Source of the DNA: Octopus bimaculoides
Lineage: Eukaryota
Direction of reading: 5' to 3'
Assembly (NCBI RefSeq): GCF_001194135.2
Contig: NC_068986.1
Coordinates: 1,353,772-1,417,771, forward strand
DNA length: 64,000 nt
The stretch's first letter is position 1; each line of letters starts with the position of its first letter. The position numbers and the translations under genes are program-made. Of this stretch, positions 28,449 to 41,190 are shown one piece after another. The notes under the pieces are model-generated. The model made no database searches and was not told the DNA's origin. It saw only the letters and a list, made by a program, of their open reading frames with translations.

Positions 28449-29834
28449 GTAGGAAATGGACACTATGAAGATACTGTTAGTAGTACTTCATTGCGTCGAC
28501 AGAAGTTTCTGGAAAGTCATAAAAATAATTCTCTTATTGAAATAGAAGAAGAGGTGTCTGTTAATGAAAAAACAATATCCCCAACACATACAGGGGACAG
28601 TAGTCAGGAAGACAGTGAGACAGATAAAAAACAAACAGAGGATACTTCAAAAGAAATAAAGTCAACAGTAGATAGTAAAACTTTTCATTCGGGAAATAGT
28701 TGGGAAAGTAAGCTTCTTCCTTCTGGAAGGAAATTACCAATGTTGAATGGAAAAATATCTACATTTTGGCAAATGGGAGGGAAGAGAAGCTTTGAACTTC
28801 CTAAAAAGAAGCATAATATTTTGTCTAGAATAAGTCAAGAAATCATAGAAATACCATCAGATGTTAATAATAAAAGTAATGAAACGAAGCAAAAGAAGAT
28901 TGATGACTGTGATGTAAAAACCTTATTGAAAAAGCCTAGTGTGGGTTTAAATGGGAAAGTAAAAGAAGCTACATTAGTTTCTCCACAAACCAATAATGGC
29001 ATAAAAAGGAATGTAAAAGAGTCTAGGTTAGGCCGACCAGAGACATTTAAAAGTCTAAGAGGAAGACTCAAAGAATCTAGTCTGTCATCAGAAACATCCA
29101 CAGAATCCAGATATACAAAGTCTTTGGGGATTTCTGAAAATAGATTCTCTTTACAATCTAGTTTTTCTTCAGAAACATCTACTGAATCCAAGAACTTTAG
29201 GTCAATGGATTCCTATGAGAGAAGATTAATAAAACAGTCCAGTATGTCTTCAGAAGCATCAACAGATTCTAGAAGTATAAGATTTGCTGATGTCTCTGAT
29301 GATGTAATGGTTAAAGATTATAGTATATCATCGGAAATGTCTCTAGATTCTAAGCATTTCAAATATGATGACAGTGAGACATCTGCTGGTAATGAGACTG
29401 ATGAGTCTGAATCAGATTATGCTTATGGAGGAGTTTATGATAGATGTAGTGGCCGAAGGATTGGACCGATCGTTAATGAAATCAAATACAAAGCAGAATC
29501 ATTAAAAAAGGAAACCTATAATTTTACAAAGAGCTTAGTTAACTTCAATCAAGGATTATATGTGGAAGATGTTGATGATGATTATGATGATTGCTATTAT
29601 TATTCTGACTACGATAACCAAAATTATATTGAGGAAAGGAACAAAACAATGAGAAACCACATGCTTGAATTTAATATATGTAAACAGCCAATAGAGCATC
29701 CATTGAAAACGAGGCAATTTAGAAGTCTTGTGGATAGAAGACATATTCAGATTGGCACCAACTTTAGAGATTACGGTCAGACAAGATATCAGAATTTGCC
29801 GAGGAAATCACATTATGAAACCTTCATTAATTGA
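28449..29834 (+). CDS. ESPN: Putative alternative terminal extension of the espin WH2 exon (461 aa, no bundling module)
   Basis: Frame stays open 1386 nt past the internal donor to TGA at 29832-29834 (ORF 27939-29834); AATAAA at 29941-29946. Confidence 0.72.
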   Translation, partial: VGNGHYEDTVSSTSLRRQKFLESHKNNSLIEIEEEVSVNEKTISPTHTGDSSQEDSETDKKQTEDTSKEIKSTVDSKTFHSGNSWESKLLPSGRKLPMLNGKISTFWQMGGKRSFELPKKKHNILSRISQEIIEIPSDVNNKSNETKQKKIDDCDVKTLLKKPSVGLNGKVKEATLVSPQTNNGIKRNVKESRLGRPETFKSLRGRLKESSLSSETSTESRYTKSLGISENRFSLQSSFSSETSTESKNFRSMDSYERRLIKQSSMSSEASTDSRSIRFADVSDDVMVKDYSISSEMSLDSKHFKYDDSETSAGNETDESESDYAYGGVYDRCSGRRIGPIVNEIKYKAESLKKETYNFTKSLVNFNQGLYVEDVDDDYDDCYYYSDYDNQNYIEERNKTMRNHMLEFNICKQPIEHPLKTRQFRSLVDRRHIQIGTNFRDYGQTRYQNLPRKSHYETFIN

Positions 29835-29940
29835 ATAGGTTTCTCATTTAAGCTTAGGAAATGATCGTTTATCCTTGTTAAGAACAATTCTTGTAGCTTA
29901 ATCCAAAGAAAATTTCATTAAAATGTCTAGAAATCTATTT

Positions 29941-29946
29941 AATAAA
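29941..29946 (+). promoter_or_regulatory. Candidate polyadenylation signal for the alternative espin terminal exon
   Basis: AATAAA about 107 nt after the stop at 29834; weak evidence alone in AT-rich DNA. Confidence 0.4.
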
Positions 29947-31709
29947 TTTATTGTATTTTTGCTGCCCGGTCCAGGAATCAAACCCACAATCATAAGGTTG
30001 TGAGTTTGATTCCTGGGCCAGAAAGTGCATTGTGTCCTTGAGCAAGGCACTTCATTTCACATTGCTCCAGTGTACTTAGCTGGCAAAAATGAGTACCAAC
30101 TGTTGCTTCAGCTCTTTCTCCTCCACCACCACCACCCACTCTTTCAGCTGTCACATCCTGGATGTTTCTCTGGGTCAAAGGTGAGAGGGTTCAGAGAGTG
30201 TCTGTCTATGTTTGTCCACATCTACAGCGTATGCTTCTACCAAGTTCTGCTTTCTTGCATACAACAATAATGGGATGGGGTTTAATATATATTTTCATTT
30301 TTTATTTCATTTCATTTTAGAAAGACTTTGATGAGGACTATTTTTTCTCCCGATAACATTATCCAGAATATATTTCAAAAGAGAAGAGAATTCATGATTC
30401 GGGAAAAATTTAACTTTAATTTCATTAATTACATTTACTCATTCTATCAAGTGTCAGTTTACAAAAGCTTTTTTTTTTTATATTTTACATGTCAAGACCC
30501 TCTCCTATGTTTTACTCCATTCTGGCTTCTTAAAACGAATTACAGAGCCCTTAACTTGTATCTTATGCATCATAACATTGATATGTTAATGACAAAAATC
30601 AATGTATTGTGCAATCACACGTTGCAAAAAGATTTGTAATTTATAATTTCACAATATTGATATTTTTTTTGTTATTTCTTTTATTTAGAAAGCTTTAAAA
30701 ATTAGATAGTATCATATTTTCAAAATTTATTAGAATTTATCTTGGAGAAATATAATAATGGATTCTTAAATTTACAATCATAGCAATATTCCATATGGAA
30801 GCAATATTTTATACTAATCATGTTTACTCTTCGAATTCACTGAGATTTAGTGATTAGTGAATATTTTCATAATTAAATACAGCAAACAAATATTTTTTTC
30901 TTGAAATCTGGGAATCAACTAAAAGAGAAATTTATCTCATGATCTTTAATAATTTTAGAATTAAAGGAAATATATTTTAGTCTTATATAGCTTGGACTTG
31001 AACCATTAAAAAGAAACTTTCCAGATGTTATGCGTATAATTTTGTTAATGCCAATTGTCTGAATGAAATGATACTTACATAAAAAATTAAAATTTTATTT
31101 GGGGAAAATGCATAGAAATAATAACAAAATTGGTGTTTATTTTTGTTGAAATCCATTGATTTGCTTGCTAATCTGAATATTAAAAAAAAACTTTTTCCTA
31201 TATCATGAAACTATTCTATGAGACAAGAAAAAAAAAAGTAATATTATGTGATTTGTGATACTGGTGAATGCATAAATATATTTGCAAGAATATATGTTGC
31301 AAAACTCTGAATTCTAAATAGTTTTCTATGAAATGGGATCTCTACTTATATGTAAATATTGGATATACCAGAAAGTTTCTTGATCTATGAAGCTATCGGT
31401 GTTGGTGCCCATTTCTGCATATAAAGGTAACACCTTTCTGGTTGTTTTTATCAAATCACTGCAAAGATTGTAATTCACTAGTAGTCACACAAGCAGTTGT
31501 GGTGATGTCACATCTTGATCCCTGATAAAGGAGCAGTAAAAATCAGGAACTCACAAAACATACTCTGTAACTTACAATATGTAATTGCTGTACAATGAAA
31601 TATTCTTTTATAATTTTCTTTTTTCTATTAATGATAACCACGCACCTTATTTTTGAAATCCTATTTTTAAGTTTAAAATTTTGTTCTTGTAGGAAAATTA
31701 ACTTTATAA

Positions 31710-31750
<41 letters not shown>

Positions 31751-34700
31751 TTATATATATATATATTTATTTATTTATTTATTAATATAATGGGTATGTT
31801 TTCAAAGTGCTGGACTACACAAGGTCAATGATTCAAACTTTGTCAGTCATTGTGCAGTGCTTTAAGAGAAGACAATATTCTGTTGCCACAGTCTGTCAGG
31901 TTTTCATTGGGTTCTACTTCCACTTTATAGTTGTATGATTAGCACCAAGAAAACCACAGATCTTTATTAGCCATTACTCCAGAAATATACAAATGTTGAA
32001 ATTGCCATCTCAAATATGATTGCATGGAAAATGTATATAAAACTGTAAAAAAAATGTTTTGTAAAAATTAAAAAAATTACCATTAGTTAGCATATATTCA
32101 TTAAGATTTTTATAAAATTAAATTTACTGAGAAATGTTCAGTTCATCTTTATTAGTAATTAATAGCTTTTTGAAACCTGCTTATTTTATGAGATCTTGGT
32201 GCATAATGTTCAAGATTAATTAGAAATGTATGCTTCATTAAAGTCTATTATCTGATACTAATTATTTTCAAGTTAGAAACTTCAGACTGGATTAGTTAAT
32301 TGATATTCAGTAAATTTAATTACTTTGTTGTTAAATTTATCTCTCAAAAACAAGTCATATTTTGAGTATATTATATTAAATTAAATATTTAAATTTGCAT
32401 CTAGTTTGAGAATTAAGATTGATTAAAGAAACAACAAGAGAAGTTTATATGCAGTTGCTCAACCTGCTAGAAATGGCCATCAAATCTCCTTAAATTTCCC
32501 TTGGAAGACAACCTTACCTTCTTAAAACAAGAAGGGACACATTGGATAATATAGACCTGGATATATGAAAATTGGGATGGTCAAAACTGGTACATCTATG
32601 ATCATAGGTTTGCTCTGTCAGAATTGACTTGTGAAGGATTGAAAGAATACATATTTTAAGCAATGGTTAGAGACTGGTTACCTAAAATAAAGAATCCTAA
32701 AAATGTGTTCTCTTTTTTGGGGAATTCTCTATTGTATTCCAACTTTTCCTAATTCATAAAATAAAATCAAAAACTTGGATTGGTTTAATCAACTGATACT
32801 AGTTTCTCCCGATATTTTCTTAAAGAGACCACAGTTGAGAATCCCATCTTTACAGTACTATCTGTGTGTGCTTTTAAAGCAGACAAGGGTGTGATGCCAT
32901 GCACACACACTGGAACATTCCATAAATAACCTTATAAGTGACAAGGTATGCAGTACATCCATAACTGTGTCCAATGCAAGTCAATATAAGAAGATTGTAT
33001 TCATATAAGCATAATGTCTGAAATTTATTTTAAAATATATTACGGAATTCAATTAAAACTGTAAACTTATTTTCTAAATTATTTCTAATTTAGAAAAATA
33101 TATTTTCATACATCCTAAAATCCTGATGTATCTTTGTACATGTTTAAAATCAGGACCTCTTAATTAAAGAGCTGCTAAACATCTTCCTTAACATATTTCT
33201 AATGAAATGCACTGTCTATTTATTTTGATTAAATTTGAAAATGATCAAGTAAATTGACTAACAACTACATTATTGAGATGATGTCTGGAATATTACAAAA
33301 GGTTCTTTCATCTAATTATGAAAGAACAATTAAATTTATAGTTTTTTTAGTTTAATATATGAATGTTATAAAACAAATTGTTTGTTATCATAAAACCAGT
33401 AATAACTTCAGGTGGGTTGGTATCTCAAGGATTTACCTTTTCTAAACTATTGTTGGGTTAAAATTGAAATTCTTCAAAAAAGAAAACACAGTTTAATATT
33501 GAAGTGTTTCATTGTAACAGCATTATATATTTAAAGAATATTTTCAGAAGCAATGTTTTCATAGCAAGTATGTATGTTGTGTATTCTGAGTGGTCACTTG
33601 ACAGAACTCATTATAAAGCAATGACTTTCACTTTCTCTGTTAAATATAACTTAGAAATTTTAACAGCATGTCACCACAGTTCATTAATCTCATGAACATT
33701 CAGGGTAAAAACACTGTTTGAATGCTTTGCCGTTTGGAGAAAAGAAAGCACAGTTGATAGCTTCACCTTCCTGAAAAGCATGTCACTTCGAGAAATGTTA
33801 GATAATAGTACAATAGTTGCAAGTCTCTTATATTCAGTTCACTTAAATTCCAACATTTTAAATTTCACAGTTTTTTTAGGGGGGGGGGGGGTTTGTCACA
33901 AAACCACGTTGTCCATTTATTTTCGCTCAGTTTCCTAATTAATAATTTTTGAGTATAACTGTATATTATTTAATTTTAGTTAGCCATTTCTCATTTGTGG
34001 CTTTCTTTTTCTCTCATTTACCATTCTTGATTCAATACACTGAACACACTTATATATGTCAATGCTTTTTAGAGATCAAATTTTTAAATCTGTAGTTACT
34101 GTGTGTTTGTCTAGATGCAAACATTACACTAGATATCTTTAACTTAAAAGTTTTGGGCCCTAGGCAACACCTGCAAACTTGGAGTGTTTGAACTCTGAAT
34201 TATAGGTTTAAAAGTTGATAACAAAATGTCAACCTATACATTAGTAAATAGAGAATGCTCACTTTAAAATTTAGGTCTTAAGTCTTATAATAACATTTTC
34301 ATTCATAACAGACTCTATTATCTAATTTATGATATATTCTTTTATAAAGTGAGCCTCTCTTGTGTCCCCAGATAAAACTTAATGCTGTGTCCTCAGACAA
34401 GACGTATAATTCTATATTTCCCAGTTTACTTGTGAATAATCACTCTGATATTATAGGTAAATTACCTGTAATAGATTTGTATTTTATCCAGAAGATCTAA
34501 CTTGCATCAGCTTAAATCAATAGAATCTGCAGATAAGAACTATACTACATAAGATTTAGTGCTAATAAAATGATTAAAAATAAATATATTTTCTTTTAAT
34601 ATAAATTAATATATGACAATTTAATAATTTTCTGTAATTAACATATTACAAAATTACATAATTTATTTCTTGAATTTTAAATTTATCAAACTGTTTCTTC

Positions 34701-35106
34701 ATATAACATACACTTTTGAAATTTCCACCACACACACAGTAATGTTAAATACATCAAAGATATATGCATAATTTTTAGTTACCTTATTCTGATGGGTATA
34801 CTGTATCACCCCTTCATGTTGCAAGAAACAACTAAATAGTTTGACATCCAGAAGGGCATCCAGCCATAAAATGCAACCTTAAAAATGTCCTACATACATG
34901 TATACCTCCTCACACACACACACATATAGGTATAAAAATATAATTGCACAATACATCTGTACATTAGTTCCTATACACTGCTAATATACATATATGTTGT
35001 AATGTAATGGATGTATGAAATATTGATGCTATTGTTTTATAATCTCCTTTAACATATGTTACTATGTTCTTTCTTAAAAACACATTCTATTCCTGTTTCT
35101 TATTAG

Positions 35107-35274
35107 GAACGATCAGAGCGAACAATACTGGAGGGTAACTTTGATCCTAAGAATTTCTTAGATCAAGTTCCTGATAAGGATGCTGCTGGGCGAGTCATTC
35201 CTCCATGGAAACGGCATGTATTAGCACGGCAGATGGCAGAGAAGGCAAAATCAGAAGAAGAAGAAAAGAAAAGA
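35107..35274 (+). CDS. ESPN: Espin actin-bundling module exon 1: ERSERTILEGNFDPKNFLDQVPDKDAAGRVIPPWKRHVLARQMAEKAKSEEEEKKR
   Basis: Acceptor ttcttattag|, donor aga|gtaaaa, 168 nt phase 0/0; strong resemblance to vertebrate espin [20 protein letters not shown]...EEEEQRR. Confidence 0.93.
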
Positions 35275-36190
35275 GTAAAATAAGTTTTCAATACTCTGCA
35301 TGCTTTTTTAAATTCTTTCATGAATCATTTTTGGTTAAATATCTTAATGTCGGAGATGAGATATTAATATGATCTTAAAGACAGTAAGTTAGCAGAATTG
35401 TTAGCATGCCAGGCAGTGTTTTGTGGCATATCATCCATCTTTACATTCTGATTTCAAATTCCACCCGCCGAGGTCAACTTTGCTTTTCATCCTTTCAGAG
35501 ACATTAAATTAAGTACCAGTTAAACACTGGGGTCAATGTGAACAACTGGCCTCCTCCCCACAAATTCCAGGCTTTGTGCCTATAGTAGAAAGGATTGTTA
35601 ATGTGATAATGGTTTTTGCTCATCTGCAGAAACAACAAAAGGTTTAATATTTACACCTACATGGCTGTATCATTATGAAGTTCTTAGAGCCATAGTAGAA
35701 AACACTAGCCCAAAGTGCCTGCAAGAACCCTGTGCCAGTACCATGTAAAAAACACTTGTGCTAGCGCCATATAAATGTACACATGTCAATGCAATGTTAA
35801 AAGGACCCAGCACACACTGTAAAGTGGCTGGCATTGGGCAGGGCATCCAGCCATAGAAACCCAGCCAACCCAGACTTGAACCTGGTACAGCTCTCCAGTT
35901 TACTGGCTCTAGTCGAACTGTCCAACTCATGCCAGCAGGGAAAGCAAATGTTAAATGAAGATGTATGTATATGTCTGTGTGTGCATGTACGTGTTTGTGT
36001 GTTTACCTATCTGTATATATATGTACATTTCTGTGTGTGTGTGTTTGCATGTATTTTGATATTGCACAGCTTTGCTTTTCACTGCTGCCTAAGTAAAAAT
36101 GTTTTATGGTATTCACATTCTTTGTCGACATTATGACCAGCCATTCTGTGCTTTCAAAGTCTAGTGGAATAAAAGATCCATTACTATGTA

Positions 36191-36222
<32 letters not shown>

Positions 36223-36470
36223 CATTCGAGTGAGATCATTGCCAGTGCCAATGGACTGGCTCCTGTGCAGGTGGCACATAAAATACACCATTTCGAGCAT
36301 GACCATCGCCAATACTGCCTGACTGGCCTTCATGCCGGTAGCACGTAAAAGCACCCACTACACTCTCGGAGTGGTTGGCGTTAATATACAAGAACTTTTG
36401 TGGAGTTGATTGCTTAACCATTCTTTTGAGTTATTGTTGCACACTACTCACACTAAATTAGTTTCTTCAG

Positions 36471-36550
36471 CAGGCAGAAGAAGAAGCCCGTTTTAAAAAT
36501 GTTCCCGCTTGGAAACGAGCTCTTATGCAGAAGAAATCAGCCGAAAACAA
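36471..36550 (+). CDS. ESPN: Espin actin-bundling module exon 2: QAEEEARFKNVPAWKRALMQKKSAEN
   Basis: Acceptor ttcttcag|cag (NAGNAG), donor aa|gtaagc, phase 0 to 2; resembles espin [21 protein letters not shown]. Confidence 0.93.
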
Positions 36551-36845
36551 GTAAGCATATACTGCGGAAATTAAAAAATTCCTTATCTGTTTCTTTAAAA
36601 GTTGATTAATTTTCTGTAAAGTAAAAATGTGTTTAACAGAGTTCAGGAAATAAAATTCAACATAGACCTGCATTTTTCATCATATTCTATGTATATAATT
36701 GAGATCCTTGCTTTTATCTTCCTAAACAACAACGTTGGTTTCTTCTAGAGGATAAAAACATTTTTTGTTGATTTAGTATACTGTAACTAAATCAGATTAA
36801 TCTAGTGTTTTATAGCATAATCTTTACCTTTGCTTCTAGCCTTAA

Positions 36846-37045
36846 CCCCTTAGCTTTTAAACTGGCCTAACTATTATCCCTGTTTTTATGTTCATACCAG
36901 CCTCTCACACCTAGCCTTTATTGTCAAGCTCAAAAATATACAATCACATCATTAAAATCTTGAAGCTACAAATTAATGCATGATTAATTCAAAACGATGT
37001 AAGTAAAGAAGCATTACATTTACAGAATAATCTGAAGCTAAAGGG
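36846..37045. mobile_element. piggyBac-type MITE
   Basis: TTAA-CCC...GGG-TTAA termini; related copies at 55727-55950, about 47400-47510 and about 62630-62800. Confidence 0.75.
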
Positions 37046-38134
37046 TTAAATATTTACAGGAAGACGAAACACATTTATTTACATGTAACACGTAGTTGTT
37101 TCTTTAGCTTGATATAGCAGTCTTATGATCAGTGATGTTCTGGTGATGACCACCTTATCTTTTTTTCCGGGCACACCTTATCTAGAACTTCATTATCTAA
37201 TATTTCTCTTTCTTTTCTGAATATAGTAGGGTGTGATTTGAAGGAGATTTAGTTGTTATTGTTAGCAGCTCACAAAATCAATTTGAGGCAATCTTGTTGA
37301 TTTGTAATAAAATACCTTGTGGTGCTGAAACGAATTTATATTACTGATCCCCTTTGTAACTGTTTTTAATCTCCATATAAAATTTACTGAAATTAAAGAA
37401 GCAATATGGTTTTCAAGCACAATAAATAGTGTTTCATTGTAAAAATTTGCTAGCTGGGTCTAGCAAAAGACCATCTCAGTTTTCATTTTTTTAATGTTAA
37501 AACAATATTGAATGCGTCAGTTATGTAAAAGCAATATAATCCATAATAAGCACAGGTGTCAATAAATAGACATTCATTTGGTTTCAAGTTCAGCCGCATA
37601 GCACAGTACTTTATGCAAGTGTCTTCTACAACAGCCTCAGGCCAACCATTGCTTTGTGAGTGAATTTGGTGGATGGAATCTGTACAAAACCCATTGTGTG
37701 TGTGTGTGTCTCAAATAGCAGCTTTGTTGTATTTTGAGCCTGAATGATTGCCTAAAAATACACAGCACACTATACAAGCTTGTTCAACCATTGTATTTTC
37801 TGAGGTATGAAATTAATAGTAGCTCACATTTAAATCTTTTGTATATTGAAGGATATATGTAAATATTTATATTCTGCACATTGCGTGAGATATCATTCAG
37901 CTATGGTTGGTAATGTTTGTAACATTTCCTTCTCAACAACTCATCCAATAGCTCAGTGCTTTTGAATGAAAACTCCCTTACTTAAAAGGGTTAGTGACAG
38001 GTAGATCATTCATCTGTAAAACAACACCTTAACTATATGTATTTGTCTAACCCATACTAGCTTGGAAAACACATGTAAAATTTCTTGAAACAAATATTAA
38101 TTTTTTTTTTTTTCTGTGGTTGTTGTCTTTTCAG

Positions 38135-38261
38135 AGCTTCTCAAATTCAAAAGGAGACCAAATCACAACTCTTTGCAGCACCCAAAGTAGCCTCTCGTGG
38201 TGTAGTTAATGGAGAAGGCAACATGATACCTCCTTGGCAAAATGATTTGAAGGGAAAATAA
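38135..38261 (+). CDS. ESPN: Espin terminal coding exon: KASQIQKETKSQLFAAPKVASRGVVNGEGNMIPPWQNDLKGK*
   Basis: Acceptor gtcttttcag|, phase 2 start, TAA at 38259-38261; the third PPW motif resembles espin's terminal LAPWQRQ. The six exons total 2076 nt = 692 codons with no internal stop. Confidence 0.88.
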
Positions 38262-40989
38262 GCTAGATGGTTTGTCTGTTAAATAATATTCAATAGTACC
38301 ACAGATGCTTTGGTACACCCCCAACCCCCATTGTGTTCTTGTATTGATACATGGTACCATAGAAGCTCAGGGACAGCTTAATTAACTATTCACACCTGGC
38401 TATGCTACATAGGCTTAACAACCATAGATATTAACTAAAAATGGACAGGTATATGATTTAAATGCACAAATTAATGCATTTAATACATTTATTTGACGTT
38501 ATATATTTCATCAGAACATAACTCTACATTTATCCCATTTTTTTGTTATATGGCAAAGGTTTTTTTTTAATCTTCTGCGAACCTTATTTTGTTCTTCTTT
38601 ATCTTGATATATAAAATTATACAAATTTAATAATCTTCATTTGACTTAATTGATTTTGGAACTGCACATTTTAGTCAAGTTTAATTTATATATCTAAACA
38701 AAATTTTGGTGAGTTTTTTTCTTTTAATTCAAATGCTTTAAAGAAAAACCAACATTGGTGATCTCTATACATTTTTTTTTTTTCAAAACACAAGAAAAAA
38801 TATTTCAACACAATTGACAAGACAAAGAATTTTATTTTTTATGAAATTTTAAAAAAGAAATTATAATTACTAACTGAAGAAAAATACTCTGCACGACTTA
38901 TTTTATTCTTTTCTTTTCCTGTCAAATTAAAGAACTGAGATGAAAGATATAATTCTTCAAATGGCTAGGTGACATTTTGAAGATGGAAAGTGGGATTTGT
39001 CTGTAAAAAAAAAAATTGAAATACCATTTCCTTCATTTCAAGATTGATAGCATAACTGGGCTGTTACTAAGACTTGATTTCATTGAATGAATTATAAAGT
39101 CTTTTGGTATTTATGACTTTAAAATGACAAAACAATGGTGAAAGGAAAATAATACAAACAAAGGAATTCTTAATTTACTTTATAAAAATATAATGTATTA
39201 ACATAATTTTTTTAAAAAAAAGGTGATTAATTAATTATGAAAATATTTATTTGTAACAAATTAAAACAATAATTATCTTTAAATAATTCTCCAAGAGATA
39301 ACATTTTCATGACTTCAGACAACAGTATCTGGTGATTGGATAAGTTATATGAATAGCCTGATCGATTCCGATATTAACTTATTTCTACTAGATCATTTTC
39401 TAGTATTTATTAAACTTATATTTATTAAACTTATACTATATCCAGTGATATTTCAAAGACTTGTATTACAATCAACTTATATAAATATAATTTTTTTCTT
39501 TATATTATCATTAAGGAATTTAAAACACTTGCAATAGTTTTTTTTTTTTTTTACCTTACAAGACATAATAGTCAACTGCTCTGAGAAAAATACAAGGATA
39601 TTGACTAGAATAAAGTACTTGAAATTGAATATTGAGCTAAAGCAATTCATTTAAATTATGTGATAATGCCAAATTAATTTGAGGATCATATCCAGACTAT
39701 TGGAATAGTTTGGTGACATTGTTTTAGCCAGCTAGTTCCAGGAAAACATAAATGGGTAACATTTTAGTGAGTTTAACTTATGTATTATATATATTTCTCA
39801 TTAGAGATATTCCAGTTCTTTTTGTTAATTATCAAGGAAATAGGTAACTTCTTAAAGTTATCTAAAACTGAAAAACAAACGACTTAGTATGAGTGAGTAT
39901 TTGTGTGTGTGTGTGTGTGTGAGTATCTGTGTGTGTGTGTGTAGGCAGTAGTGACTGGAGGATATGAAGTGCAGAAACCATGGAATAATGCAATGGAACT
40001 CCCATTACATATACATATATATATAGTGCTGAAAAGAGAGGAACATAATAATTGCACTTTATAAGACAGTCACCATTGATATTACATTATTAATTAATCA
40101 ATTTAATTTCCACTCTATGGAAAGGTTTGTTATATTCACGTAAATATTATAGGACTGAATGAGAGACTGAGTGAGAGACATGTTCAGTGTTATGTGCGTG
40201 AGTGGTTGTAGTGTCAGCCAAATAAACACAATGATAAGTACTACAGATCCAATTGTAAACATGTTCTCTTTGCTACTAATACTGTGGCTACCGATATATG
40301 ACTAAACCCAAGCTTACATAAACTATTATGCCACCACTAGTTTCATCTAAATTTATTTTAAAAAATATTAATATTTTTGATTTTTTTGAGAGTTGTTTCT
40401 CAATCCTTGTTGTTTTGTTATGTTATTATTATTATTATTATTAACAAATGATTTGTTTTTGTTATTTCTTTTAGAACGTTTCTAATAGTCCTGCTGTATC
40501 CCAAAATTGAACATATGTTATTACCACTGTAGCTTAATGTTTTATCACTCAATAAAAGTTATTCAAATATTTTCGTTGTTTTAAAGCTCATTCATTATAC
40601 AAATTGTATATTTTTAACTTTCATGTTGCCTCTTGGCAGCAGTTAAACTTCATCACAATTGGTTTAACATCAAGTTTCCCATTCTTGCTGCATAGGTCAG
40701 ATGAAATTTTGCTCAACCAGATTTTTCTACAGCTGGATGCTCTTCCTGTTGCCAACCCTCACTTGTTTCCAGGATGGATAATATTTCCCCAAGTCCTTTG
40801 AACAATGAACAGCTCAGTGTACTAGGTTGATGCTCTGTATGAGATTAAAAAAAAAGAGTGGGTGTATGTTTCAAGCATAGTTCTGTGTCTGAAAAATGAG
40901 AGAGGAAAGATCCTCTTGTCTGATTTGGCATGGTTTCTATGGCTGGATGCCCTTCCCAGTGCCAACCACTTTAAAGAATGTGCTATGTA

Positions 40990-41190
40990 CTTATGTGGCA
41001 CTGCAAGGGCACTTTTACATGACACCACACAGGCACTTTTAAGTGGCACTGCATGGGTACTTTTATGTGGAACACACACAGGCGCTTTTGCATGTCGTCA
41101 CACTGATGTTATTATGTGACATCGCATGGGTGCTTTTGCATGTCACTGCATGGGCACTTTTATGTTGCACCACCAAGAGTGCTTTACACT
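40990..41190. repeat. Degenerate ~22-bp tandem array derived from a family C sub-motif
   Basis: Repeated atgtggcactgcatgggcactttt-like units continuing a - strand family C copy. Confidence 0.7.

Noticed and set aside
27893-29191. Antisense ORFs (hydrophobic 165 aa; 118 aa), also 11995-12243
   Set aside because: Shadows of the low-complexity espin coding strand.
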